DNA of 63,974 nucleotides, counting the filler, from Porpidia crustulata (taxonomy: Eukaryota), in assembly GCA_964255105.1 (NCBI GenBank). It is 7 parts of 7 records of this genome, joined end to end, with 100 filler letters (N's around TTAATTAATTAA, not from the genome) between each part and the next. Parts side by side here need not be neighbours in the genome. Positions count along the whole stretch, not along the records: positions 36,655 to 45,697 come from CAXUWE010001004.1; positions 45,798 to 54,838 come from CAXUWE010001005.1; 5 more parts are not named here. One strand, 5' to 3'. The notes under the pieces were generated by a model, which was not told the DNA's origin, did not search any database, and saw nothing but the letters and a program-made list of their open reading frames with translations. The translations under genes and the position numbers were made by a program. Of the stretch, positions 40,447-52,586 are shown piece after piece; positions within the stretch are counted from its first letter, which is position 1, and each line of letters begins with the position of its first letter.

Positions 40447-41274
40447 GTTGATATTGTGATCAGGGCAGAGGACGCAAATATTCACAGAGGGTGCTTCCTA
40501 CAATGCACAGATGTCGCGGAAACTGAGAGACTTATCCTCTTTTTGTGCTAAGAGAGTGATAATGAGTGCCCTCATATAACACAACGGCATCAATTGTTGG
40601 GGCTTTCGATTCTTTGCGTATGATGTTCATGGTGTTGGTAACGTCAAACATAAACTTTCGGGTCACCATGGGCAACTGGCCGTTGGTGCGGAATGGTTCC
40701 GCTCCTACTCATGATTCAGTCGCAGGGCTGTTTCAACGGCGCAAAGAATAAGGTGAGGCAAGGCGGAAGTAGTGACTTGTTCAACCTGCAGAAAGATGCA
40801 TATACTGCACTACGAGGCCTGTGTTCTACTTGAACATTAGTGAGTCATACATAGGCCCTTAGTTTTCATCAACCTATCTTACGGGCGCCGAATCCGATCA
40901 AGATAAATTAGGAGGGAATATTCGAGAGTTCAAATATTAGGATCCTTGGGGCAAATAGAGATCTAGGTAAACATATAGATATTAGTCTTCATACAGATGA
41001 AGCTCTGATTCTGCCGTGTCAGCGGATCTAAAGGCGGTGAGAAATCCACTCCATTCCATTCCGACCCATATATGTCTGGTGAACAAAGTAGTCAAGGTCG
41101 CTTCTATTCTGCATCATACTGATTGCGTTTCTCAAGCGAGGCGACTTTCTTGTAGACGTATGTTTGTTCAACCTCGGGGGCACTGTAGAAGGCCAGAGAC
41201 AATCTCCGAGATAGCCAGTCGCGGTATACTCATTATCATTCATCATGGCAGTCGTATCCGGAAATATGGTTCCT

Positions 41275-41808
41275 TCAACCTTGATCTTGACTCTGGCTTC
41301 CATACTCCTCCTCGAAGCTCGGAAGCACAACATCCCAATGATCGTCCTCCAAATCCAGCTCGTCCTTCATCTCGGCCGCGTCTCGGAACTTAAACGCCAA
41401 GACCGCCCCGTCCTTGAGCCCAGCACCCAGAGGGCTACCATTCAGCACGCTATTTTTCCCATTGGATTTCTTCCCGCCGATACCACCGTCCCCATCTAGA
41501 TCCGGTATATCCATGCCGACCCAGCCCCGACTGAGGTCATTCTTGTCGATCGGGACGGCGAGAATCACATCTTCAGGATCCGATGGCAGGGTTTGACCGT
41601 TGATTGAAGACTTTCCGGTGGCTTTGATGGCGTCCAGGAGCTCTGATTTGATGGAGGTGAAGGATTGGCTTTGATCGACGAATAGAAGGATTGTGGTTTT
41701 GTGGAGCTTGAATCGCAGAGTCCATTGGTATTGATCTGGGGATTTTGATGGCTAAGGAAGAAGGCGTCAGTTCTGATGCTATTATCTCGTACGGTTTGTA
41801 CATACCAT
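41275..41808 (-). CDS. Small hypothetical protein with a probable ubiquitin-like fold (Elongin-B-like)
   Basis: ATG-only exon 1 (41808-41806), GTATGT..CTGAC..TAG intron, then PSKSPDQYQWTLRFKLHKTTILLFVDQSQSFTSIKSELL...GAGLKDGAVLAFKFRD...WDVVLPSFEEEY*. Confidence 0.7.
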
Positions 41809-41908
41809 TATGAGATGTTTAAACGTGTGCGAATTATTTCAAGTCTTAGTCGCAATCGAGGCGGCTTGCGGCGGGCTTTAAAGTTATCTTGGCGTGTGGG
41901 CAGACTCC

Positions 41909-41926
41909 AGCACGTGTGCACGTGCT
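41909..41926. promoter_or_regulatory. Palindromic double E-box AGCACGTG-TG-CACGTGCT in a bidirectional promoter
   Basis: Two CACGTG hexamers forming an 8-bp inverted repeat in the ~175-bp gap between divergent genes. Confidence 0.5.
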
Positions 41927-41983
41927 CAACTAGAACCAAGCTGTCCAACGCACAGTGTTTGACTGCAACACTGTTTGACATAG

Positions 41984-42669
41984 ATGCAAACCAAAAATAT
42001 GGATGACGATATGGATGGAACACACCCTGAGAGTCAATCATTACATGTTATGGCCCCACATATAAATGATAACCGCCTTTCTCTTCCTTTCAAAATTCGT
42101 CTCTCAACTGCCACTGCAGGCGCTTTCTTCACTGGTATGTTCCTTGGACTCTCGCATGGAAGCCGGACAGCTAGTCTACGATTTCGAGCCGAAAATTCGC
42201 ACAGGTTCCCGTATTCTTCAACAGGCTGGTATCTCTATCATAAAAGTAAAAACTACCATGCGATGTTTGGAGGAGTCAAAGAGGGATTGAAACTAGGGTC
42301 GAAAGTAGGCTTTTGGGCTGGGGGCTTCTTTATCGTTGAAGAGGCCGTCGATAGGGCAAGAGGGGGTAAAAGAGACTTCGTATCAACCGTTGTAGCGGGC
42401 TTGGGTATTGCTGGGGGGTTCAGTGCCTGGAGTAAGTGATTACTAGAGGATGAGCAGTCGAATACTCTTTCAGACGCTGACCGCATCCAGGCAGTTTCCC
42501 TCTAATTACTGCGGCACGCACAGCTAAAATAGGCCTGTATAGCAGCTTAGCGTTTGGGCTTGTTCAGGATGCATTGAGCTTTGCTAGGGGTCGACGGCTG
42601 GGATACGTGGAGTTCCTTCGCGGCAGGGAACACATTGATCCTGGACTTGAGGATAACAGGATTATATGA
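41984..42669 (+). CDS. Tim17/Tim22/Pmp24-like glycine-rich membrane protein
   Basis: GMFLGLSHG, LRFRAENSHRFP..GWYLYHKSKNY, GG..EG.KLG, RDFVSTVVAGL..AG.FS. One intron (GTAAGT..CAG); stop at 42667-42669. Start codon uncertain. Confidence 0.7.
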
Positions 42670-43501
42670 GTTCCGTCGTAAGTGACACCCATGAGGAAGG
42701 TCAAAGGATGTGACTTGCCAGTCGGATTCAACCAATGCGACATGGAAGAGTAATAGATCAAGCCCAAAGCTAATCAAGATTCAATTTATGATGTTCACTC
42801 TTCAACTAGGACCAGTCTGTCACCGCTCTCAATTTCCAAAGAGAAAGCACTTGTTCTTGGACAACGCGGTGAGCTCGGATCTAGATGGAGTACGACACAC
42901 TCTCCGAAAGTCAAAGATATCTACGACTAGTATTGAGTATTGAGTCGTAGCCGCGGATATATATATGCGTCATACAAATCAGGAAGACCATGATCAGTGC
43001 AAGTAGGGGTTCAAAGACCAAAAGTCGATGATCCACTATGATCTACTTTGATCCCCGGAAAAAGCAAATCAAGACCCTACCAGTGAATTCATGAACCCTT
43101 CGTCGCGTCAAAATACGCTATGGATGCCTCAGATGGTGGGTACAAGAGATTGTATCGTGTTAGTTGCTATCCAGTGCCAAATGTATCAGAGAATAGGCTG
43201 ACTCTATAGGAATGCTCCTCCAGACTGAAATGTGTCATCAGAAAATTCAAATCCACGAGAGTTGTCTCGACAATGAGACCCACCCATTTCACTATATTTA
43301 CTGACTCAAAATTGTCACCGTGGTTAGCTATATAAGGCCATAGTATTCCTGTTCTCTCCTTCTCTCCTTCTTTCTACAACCTTCGAGAACCAGCCAATTT
43401 TTTATTATTATCCAAGTATCCTAAAGAGTCACAAACATCCCACGCAGTCCCCTATCCTACAATTCCTTTTACAAACCCCTCATTTCATACCCCTTTTTAC
43501 A

Positions 43502-44912
43502 ATGGCGTCAAACGGAGATTCAAGACATTCCTCCAACGAACAAGGTCTGTATCCTTCATATTCAAATCTACCAAACCAACTAACTTATTGTAGGCCGCTC
43601 AAGCATGCCTTCGAGCCGGTACGGCAGAGACGACCGCGAACGTGGCAGCTCACGAGCCTTGGAAGAGAGTACTAGAGGTAGTCAGTCAAGGTCTCAAGCA
43701 CTAGTAAAGACTGGTGATGCCCACCAAAGCTCTCGAACCTCGGCTCACGGCGACTTTGGCCGTGGTGATGTGGCTAAGGTTTCTCCATCCTCCAGAAGTG
43801 GCACTAGCAACCGTGACGACGCGTATGACATGAGCGCGCTCAAGAGCACATTGCCCTCACAATACGGTGACAGTGGAATGCCATTCCGCTCTGGCGAAAG
43901 TCAAATGGCCTCTCGCCAAGGTGGAAGTCAAATGCCCAGCCGGCATGGTGACAGTCGAATACCATCCCGCTCTGGCGAAAGTCAAATGACCTCTCGCCAA
44001 GATAGAAGTCAAATGCCCTCACGGTTTGGTGACAGTGGAATGTCATCCCACTTTGGCGAAAGTCGAACACCCACCCGCGGAAGGAGGGTAATGGCAGACA
44101 GGAGCCGTTTGGGAGGTATTGATGAGAAGGAGGAGGAAGACTACAGCACAGATCGTGGAGGCCGGTCTCAAGCGATGACAAGGCGTGATCAGGAAGCCCC
44201 CATGACAAAATATGGGGGAGGCACCACACGTGGAGGCGCTAAGGGTGCATCTAGCGCTATGGACGCGTACAAAGACCACGATTCCGATAGTGACCAGGAG
44301 ATCGTTACCAAGAAGCGTTTCTCGAAGCTGAGTGGCAAGATATTTCGAGCCAAGTTCCCAGATCTGGCGGTCTTGATCGAGGACGAGTTGAAGATCAAGC
44401 CTGAGAAGATTGATGACTATTGCGAGTCTGGTTACATCCGCCTCGATACGACAAAAAACCGAGCCCAAATCGACAAGCTTCTGAAGAACTCAGCTCCAAA
44501 GGATAGCGACCGATGCATGAAGGCCATCAAGCAATACGACATCGACCAAGAATCCGAGCGTCACATGAACGGTGGCAAGAAAGCTCGCTCCATTCTGGAC
44601 CCTATCGAAGACAGCCGCGACTCCGGCCACAGCGGGCGAGCAAAAGCGGATAGCTTGACGGTCCGCGATAGCGCATCGACCCGCGACGGCACTGTAACTC
44701 GTCGTGAGCAAGACTCGGTCGAGAAAAAATCAGAAAGGGACACGGAAATGATCGAATCACCCATTAGCGCCGGGCCCCTCGCAAACAGCAATACCAGCAA
44801 TACGCATCATGCCACGGTTATCAATAATGTGTACCCGATATGCCGTTGCGGTAACCCATATTGCGACTACCCCTATTTCGGTTGCTCTGGCCGGCATCGC
44901 CGTTGGCTTTAG
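43502..44912 (+). CDS. Hypothetical disordered R/S/G/D-rich protein with internal repeats and a Cys-rich C-terminus
   Basis: TATATAA at 43329, ATG at 43502, intron ~43545-43593, then a 435-aa ORF ending YPICRCGNPYCDYPYFGCSGRHRRWL. Confidence 0.7.
43866..44081 (+). repeat. Coding tandem repeat: 27-bp unit x8, organised as an 81-bp higher-order repeat x2.7
   Basis: GGTGACAGT starts at 43866, 43947 and 44028. Peptide unit G[DEG]S[GQR]M[PAT]SR[SQHF]. Confidence 0.85.
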
Positions 44913-45697
44913 AGTATGCTTGACTATGGTCTGTTTCAATAAGGCGGCGGGAAATATGTGTCCTTGTCTCTCTCTACCGGACACGGTGGTTCAGTTTTGC
45001 ATGCACGAATTTGATTCGAGCGATCAAATCTCTTTCTTTCTCTCTCTTTCTCCATAGATATCGGGGGTACCTTATGTATGTCTCCCTATTTAGATAGCTC
45101 TCCTGTACAATTCCAATAACAAACATGATGACATGATGAATCTCTCCCGTCGGAGAGGAAACGTGATTGCTTATTTTTTTTCTGGGGGCTTAGGTCGTGG
45201 TTGGTTGGTGATGAGAACTTTGAATTTTGCACAATCATACAAATGACCTTCATGACTCGCGTTACAGAACTCTTACGCGCATGTCCTTTCACTTTTACTC
45301 CCATTCTTACGGCTACGATTTCTGAGCTTGGCCAGCTGTACGACGATTGACATAGGTGAGCATGCGGTATTATAGTATAGGACATGCATACGAAAGCGAG
45401 GTTTTGGTTTTTGGCTTTTTCTCTCTTTTTTTTTTGAGGCATCTCAACTGCCGTAGACTCACCAAGCATTTGTCCCTACTCATTTCATATCTATCTGTGT
45501 AATTTATATATCCATCCGGGCTGAATGAAGAATCGAATCATCTAACCCATCCATCCTACCCTCGTAAAGAAAGGCCTGCGGAGCACTTCCAAGTGAGTCC
45601 ACAAACGCCGCAGCCTCGAAATCTCATACATCATGACATCCAACTCCGCACGTCGCTCCAATACCTCCCCTCCAAGCCCCAGGTCACCGTTCACTCT

Positions 45698-45797
45698 NNN
45701 NNNNNNNNNNNNNNNNNNNNNNNNNNNNNNNNNNNNNNNNNTTAATTAATTAANNNNNNNNNNNNNNNNNNNNNNNNNNNNNNNNNNNNNNNNNNNN
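45698..45797. other. Artificial contig-joining spacer
   Basis: N44-TTAATTAATTAA-N44. Confidence 0.98.
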
Positions 45798-45996
45798 ATA
45801 GAGAGGAGAGAAAAGGGTTGAGTGGAGGAGTTGATGAATTATGAAGACAGGATCCTTGGAGGATTTAAAGAATAGTGATGTTTGGGAAAGAGGGAGAGTG
45901 GAGAGGGGATAAAGTGTTATGGTTCTTGGTTGTGGGGATATCCAATTTTGTTTCCGTCTCGCCCTCATCCAACCTGCGCCCCTCGCATTGTTCCGA

Positions 45997-46030
<34 letters not shown>
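45997..46030. repeat. (AC)n microsatellite in the Lon 3' UTR
   Basis: About 13 perfect AC units plus a degenerate tail. Confidence 0.95.
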
Positions 46031-46065
46031 AACCGAGTCTGTTCCCCGCACGAGTAGGCGAAACC

Positions 46066-48986
46066 TCACAACCGACTTTCCACCCCAACCCAACCCTGTT
46101 CGCCCGGCCAATGCGCCTCGGGCCAGACATGCTTCATTGCTTCCCAGATATGTCTGTATGCTCAGTCAGCCTCCATCCCATCGCACGCATCCACTACCAA
46201 CAACCCAACGAAAGAAGAAATAACACATACCCAACAAACACAACCTCCAACCCCTCCTTCACCTCCCTCGGCAAATCCCTCACATCCTTGCGGTTCCCCA
46301 CCGGCAGCAGCACCGTCGCCACCCCAGCCCTCAACGCCCCGATCAACTTCTCCTTGATCCCGCCCACGGGCATAACGCGGCCCCTCAGACTGACCTCCCC
46401 CGTCATCGCCAGCGTCGGCCGCACCGCGCGGCCGCTGAATAGCGAGACCAGCGCGATCGTGTGCGCCAGGCCAGCCGAGGGGCCGTCCTTGGGGACGGCG
46501 CCCGAGGGGCAGTGCACGTGGACGCTGCGGTTCTTCATGATGTCTTCGGTGGCGTCGGGGGTGAGGCCGAGCTCGTAGGCGTGCGCCTTCACCCACGTGA
46601 GGGCGACCTCGACGCTCTCTTTGAGGACGTCGCCGAGTTTGCCGGTTAGTTGCACGCGCCCTGTGCCTGGCATGTCGGCCACTTCGATGAAGAGGATGCT
46701 GCCCTGACCCCCGGTGCTGTAGGCGACGAGACCGGTCACGATGCCCGGCACGGAGGTCTTTTCGGCGAGCTCCTCATCGAAGCGTTCGATGCCGAGAATT
46801 GTGTCTAGGTCTGCAAGGGAGACGCATGGGTTATATTTATCGAGGATGTTAGCGTCCTTTGCGTCGGCGTACTCGACAGCTTTGAAGCGACAGACCGAGC
46901 CGAGTTCGCGCTCAAGGTTGCGAACGCCAGATTCGCGCGTGTAGTTTGTGATAATTGTGTCGAGGACTTCAGTGGGGAAGATGACGCCCTCAGGTGCGAG
47001 ACCATTAGTGGTGATTTGTTTCGGGATAAGGTGCTGGGACGCAATGTGGCGTTTTTCGACGGTGGTGTAGCCGGAGAGCGAAATTGTTTCCATGCGGTCA
47101 AGGAGCGGAGGTGGGATAGTATCGAGAGAATTTGCGGTGGCAATGAAAAGGACTTTGCTAAGGTCGATGGGTATGTTTACGTAGTGGTCGTTGAAGGTGT
47201 AGTTCTGTTCCGGGTCGAGGACTTCAAGCATTGCCGCAGACGGGTCACCGTGGAAATTTGAGCCACCGACCTTGTCGATCTCGTCGAGAAGAATCACCGG
47301 ATTGGCAACACCGACTTTCTTCAGGCCGTTGACGATCAGACCAGGCATTGCTGCTACATAAGTTCTTCGATGACCTCTGATCTCTGCTTCGTCTCGAACT
47401 CCGCCGAGGGAAATTCGATGAAACTTCCTCCCAAGAGCGGTTGCGACAGACTTGGCGAGACTGGTTTTTCCCGTTCCTGGCGGTCCAACTAGGAGTAGGA
47501 TAGGTGATTTATCTACCCTGCGTTTGCTCTTAAGAATCTGTATTTTGGTAATGTCCACATCTGCTTCCGCGGTTGTCGAATCTGTTTCTCCGTTCTTGAT
47601 TTCTTGGATAGCATTCTGATTTTTACTCGCTTCCGCTATCTGGAGTTCGAGATCAGCGTTGACAGCTTGCTTGAGTCTGAGGACCGCAAGATACTCTAGG
47701 AGACGCTTCTTAATCTTCTCCAGACCATAGTGATCATCATCAAGCTGCTTCCTGGCCCGCTTAAGCGTCTCTACACCTAAATGATCATCCGTCGTTACAG
47801 TCCATGGTATTTCGGACAGGTTTTCGAGATATGTTCTGCAAACACCATATTCAGCTTGCGCAGGGTTCATCTTCTTCAGTCTTTTTAGTTCTCTGTCCAC
47901 AACTTTCTGTGCTTCGGGGGTCAGTTTCGCATCATCGAGCTTTTTCTTCAATTCATCGACCTCATTCGGTTCCTCCTCCGCTTCATTATTGCTAGAGCCC
48001 ATACCAGGGAAATCGCGTGCATTAGATAATCCACCCAAGCCACCCATAGCTCTTCGCATGAGCGACTCCCTTTCTTTTTGGCTAATGTTTCTTATGTCCA
48101 AGGCCTGACTAGGTGCCTCTGTGCTCGTAATTGATGTAATCTTGAAGCTTCCTTTGATCTCCTGCACCTGCCGCGAGAGCATCTCAATTACCCTTTCCAG
48201 CCTCTCTTTCACATCTAGCGCACACAATACACGTAGCTTCTCCTCAGTCGATCCCTCAACAATGTTTGTCATGAAATCAGCCAGTACTCCAGCCTCCGCC
48301 AATTCTTTTTTCTTGATATACAGTTCTAGTCGGCGGGTTAGGAGAGGTGACAATGTTGTGGAAGAGCGCGGTAGTAGTGAAGAAAATCTGAGGAGGGCGA
48401 TGAGCTCCCTTGAGAGTATCTTCAATTGGTTGAATAGCGTCAGTGTATCAGGATCATCCAGGTCGACCACTGCTCGTTGTGGATTAGCTTAGGCTAAACG
48501 GATGGTGAAGTAGCACGAACTCTCTTCGTCAAGATTGGTGACATCTGCTTCAAAGAACGGCCTTTTTTGAGTTATCCTGTCAATCTTGAACCTCCTGATA
48601 CCTTCCACTACCAAAGCCAAGTCGTCCGGCCTCCGCCCCTGCACTCCGGCGATCCTAGCAACAGTACCATATAAAAACAAGTCCTTCTTGTATGCGGCGT
48701 CTGGATCGACCTCCTGTGATTCTGTTCGGCGCTTACTCAATCCTTCTAAGTTATCGATGAGGATTTTGCCATCAGGACCGATCAAGGATGAGTTTATGGG
48801 AACACAACCGATAGAAACGGCAGTGGCGTCGGGCTTTGGTGTTGCAGCTCTCGTGTAGACCGAGGAAAGAAGCGCTGGTATATCTGTCCTATTGGTGACG
48901 GGTATCCTTAGAGTAATACCTGGTAACAATACCAAGCCTTTGGGAAGTGGGAGGAGGGCAAGACTTGGGGATTTGGACTGGCCCAT
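46066..48986 (-). CDS. Peroxisomal Lon protease (LONP2/Pln) with PTS1 -SRL
   Basis: Lon N-domain [29 protein letters not shown], catalytic PKDGPSAG and GGIKEK. Spliced last exon [11 protein letters not shown]...VESRL* (stop 46068-46066). Confidence 0.95.
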
Positions 48987-49163
48987 CTCCGGTTACTATC
49001 AAGGTAAGGATTTTGTGGAAAGAAATCAGTTTTGCCGTAGTTCAGGTTCCCAAACACTTTCTCCGTGAGTGACTATAGGAACGCTGTTAAAGTCAAGTTG
49101 GAAAGGATGCGAATAGGATCTCATAGAATATATAGAGTTGCCTGCATCATCGACCTGTAGAAG

Positions 49164-49169
49164 CCGAGG
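49164..49169. promoter_or_regulatory. Candidate FarA/FarB site CCGAGG upstream of peroxisomal Lon
   Basis: Exact CCGAGG about 180 bp upstream of the ATG. Confidence 0.45.
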
Positions 49170-49613
49170 CATCATATGCATGATTCCTAATCGGGTACAG
49201 AAAGATCTAATCTTATCTCGGACTCATCGCCTCCGATATTTTTTGTCTTTCATACTCACTATTGTGACTGTCTAAAATCTACCATACGCCTCGATTTATC
49301 CTCTCGAAGCTTACCGACGATGTGATTCCTTGGCCTTCAACTATGATGAGGTAGCTAGACTGGTTATATCTAAGATGTAGATCTTCGAGTACAAACTCTG
49401 AAGATATAGTCAAGAGCCACCATGCATGATGGTGACAAAGGCGACAGGTCAACCTAGGAAACAAGAGAAGAGCCAATTTATATATCCCCGAAAGAATGGG
49501 CGGCATTTGGTCTAGATACACTTAGGCCACACACGGTTCAAGTGCATAATCATCATTTCAAAAAGGAAAACCTTGATTTTGTCTATCTAGAGAGCGGCTT
49601 ATCATATCCATTA

Positions 49614-51445
49614 CTAGTAGTATTTGGGTTTGAAGGGCTTCCCATAATGCCTTGGCAAATCCCTTTTGCCATGCCTCGCAGCATTCGGCCCGTTGGTCGT
49701 CGTGTTGTATGTTGCCGTACTATTCAGTACCTGATATTGAATAGTCGAATTCCCCTCTCTATAGGTACTCTTCGCTGGGCCGATTGTCTTGTAATTTCCC
49801 GCGGCGCGCTTGGTCCCCGTTGCAATGTCCTTGTTCATGATTGCCCGCTCGAAGATTTCTAAAGAAACTAGGGGCTGGTAGAAAGGAACTTCGTGCCCAG
49901 CGTTGTAGATACGAACAAAACTGAAAGCACCAGCTTGCTTGACCTGTCCGTGCACAATTTTGTCGCTAGTTGTAATGTTGACATAGCCTGCGCTGGAAAA
50001 CCCGGGTGCATTGACTTCGTTGGACACAACTTCGCCGCCTAGCCAGTTGCAATTATAATCCGCATCACCAGTATACATCATGACAGTGATCCCTTGCTCG
50101 AGAAGCTTGCCCATATCCTCAACAGTGTTTACTTCTCGCCCATCATCACCCGTCGTTGCGAAAGCGGTGCCAACGGTGCTTGAGTACTCGGAGAAATTCT
50201 GATAGGCACCAATAGCGGACTGAACCTCTGGAGAGTTGAGATATTGGACATAAAAGGTATATGGAAAGGGGTCAGGTTGAAGTTCACGGACGTCGTATTC
50301 ATCTCTGTTGAGAACGTTGTCGTAGATAGATTCGACTTGGTTGGCGCAGAACAGGTCGCCGGCAGCGCATATTTCGTTGATTCCGGATGATTTGCAGTAC
50401 ATGAGTTGATCAATGCAGTTTCCGGCACCATAAAGGTTGTTATATAGCTGTGCCGTGATAGAGGCATTATATGGAGAGTAATCATAAGTATTCCCAGGAT
50501 AAACTATTTTGATTTTTGAGTTAGCATCAGTGCTTCAAGATGGACCATGTCTAAAGAGCTTGTAATCCTGTAATACGTCTCTTATCTCATCAAAGATTTT
50601 TAAGTAGGGAGCATACCGGTATAATTGTAGTAAGCCTGGTACTGAATGATTGGATCGTACCAACCATTACCGATCAAAACAGAGTCGAGATGAATTTTAT
50701 GGGCGCCGGGGATGTTCATTGCGTTCTGCGTCTCAATATATTCATTAAAGACTGGGCCGTAGTGACCACCGTAACTCTCGGTTGCGAAGTTGTACGTTTC
50801 TCTGGAGTATTGAGGGAAAGCACCCATGAAGCCCTGGAGAGTTCTATAGAAATTTGGGGCTGCGGCATCCGTAGAATTCGCGGTAAGGGTCTCATTGGGC
50901 TTTGAGTAAGTACCGCACGTACCAGTGGCGGCAGCGTAATCTGGACAATTGTTGTCTGGCAACTCTATAATCTGGCCCGGAGAACCTGCCACATAGGCTG
51001 GAATAGGGATTGAATAGGAAAACCCAACTTGAGTTGGCTGGTCAATGAAAAGCATGTTGCTGGCGTTGGACCATGAATATGGATTGTTATACACCTTGCC
51101 ATCGATATCAATACCACAAGGGCCCAGTTCTTGGAACAAGCCAATCATAGATGAAGATCCTGGACCTCCATTAATCCAGGTAGTCAAGGGAGCTTCCTTG
51201 GGATTCTGATTTCTTGCTTCAAAGAACCAGAAGAAACTGTGCTGATCTGGGGCAACATCGACATAACCTGAATAGCTTTTGACCGCGGGGTCAGTCTCAC
51301 AGATGCCTTTCTTGACTTCTTTATACCTCACAGGGATGTCAAGGTATCCCTTTGCTGTTTTCAAATCGGTAGGCGCAGGTACAAATTGAGCGAGAGCAGA
51401 GGGTGCTGCGAGCAACAAAGCGCCCACGGTGATGGAGTGTAACAT
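49614..51445 (-). CDS. Secreted serine carboxypeptidase (family S10, carboxypeptidase S1-like)
   Basis: Signal peptide MLHSITVGALLLAAPSALA, WINGGPGSSS, TESYGGHY (catalytic Ser), GDADYNCN, AGHEVPFYQP. One intron ~50505-50615. Confidence 0.93.
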
Positions 51446-52586
51446 TGGCACTATACAGAAACAAGATAACTTGCGAGGAACGGCATCGTAGCTTACTTAT
51501 AGCACTACTCGCTGTCCCGTCCATACCGATTGAGTTCTTCGCCATTCACCTTACTCACTCTAGTAAACCTGCTAGTGTTGACTCGGCGACACTATGCAGG
51601 GCGATTGCATGTACTTGATAAGGTACCTGAGGGGAAATCTTCGGACGGAAAACATTGTCCCAGCAATGAGGGCGGGGATTTGCTCAAAGAGGAAGGTCTG
51701 AAGTTCCATACGGAAATTGACTGCATCGATGAGCAGCTAGGGTCCGCCACAGCAGCAGGTGAGCCTAGAAAATCTTGTTCGCACCAGACGCAAGGCTGAC
51801 CTGTCTTCTGAATTAACAATAATCAAGTCATTCCTGGTTGTTGCTGTCAGCCTCAATTCCATCTTTCTGACACACTGTCCGTATACGCAAGGTTGAAGCC
51901 CTCAAGTTGTCAAGATGGCAAGCGGGGAAGCGCTCCCTGAAGCCGCTAGAGCTGCCAAAAACCAAGTCTTCATCTATCTAATTAATCTTCAGATCTGAAC
52001 GCCTGGGTATCAAGAATCTACGCATCCAATAGAGTCAGACCTGTTCAGGCTGATTCTTAATGTCAGGACACAAAAGATTGGTTTCAGGGCGATATTCTCG
52101 CTTCCGTGCCCGGGGAGAAAAAATAGCCTGATTCCCTAAGTACTGTGCACCATTCTTTTCTTCTGGCTTTAGGTACCTATCCGCCAGTGACGTTGTTGAC
52201 GTCATTCCCTCAGTTTGGAAGTGCAGGCTACCTATGCCCTCACACGTCTGGGGTTGAATATAGAAAGAACCGATGCAGAAAGGCGTGAGCAAAATAACAA
52301 CAGTTCATGGAACCAGATGCCAGTAGGAAGGGTGGAAGGGTATTCGAGCTAACGTGTTCTCCTTATCTTATCAATCGCTTATTTTTCCCTGCACTTCCCC
52401 CTCAGTAGAAATTCCGTCACGCTCGTGATCACAAGGTCCAATGGACTGCAGTATAATGCGCGCAGCATTCGCCAATGGCTTTCGTCCGACTCCATCTTCA
52501 AAGAGTTGTTCCTTGCAGGCCTTGCAGTGGAGAGGTCTGTTCTTCCTGATTGACATATATTGAGAGGAAATTATAAAATCATCAAC

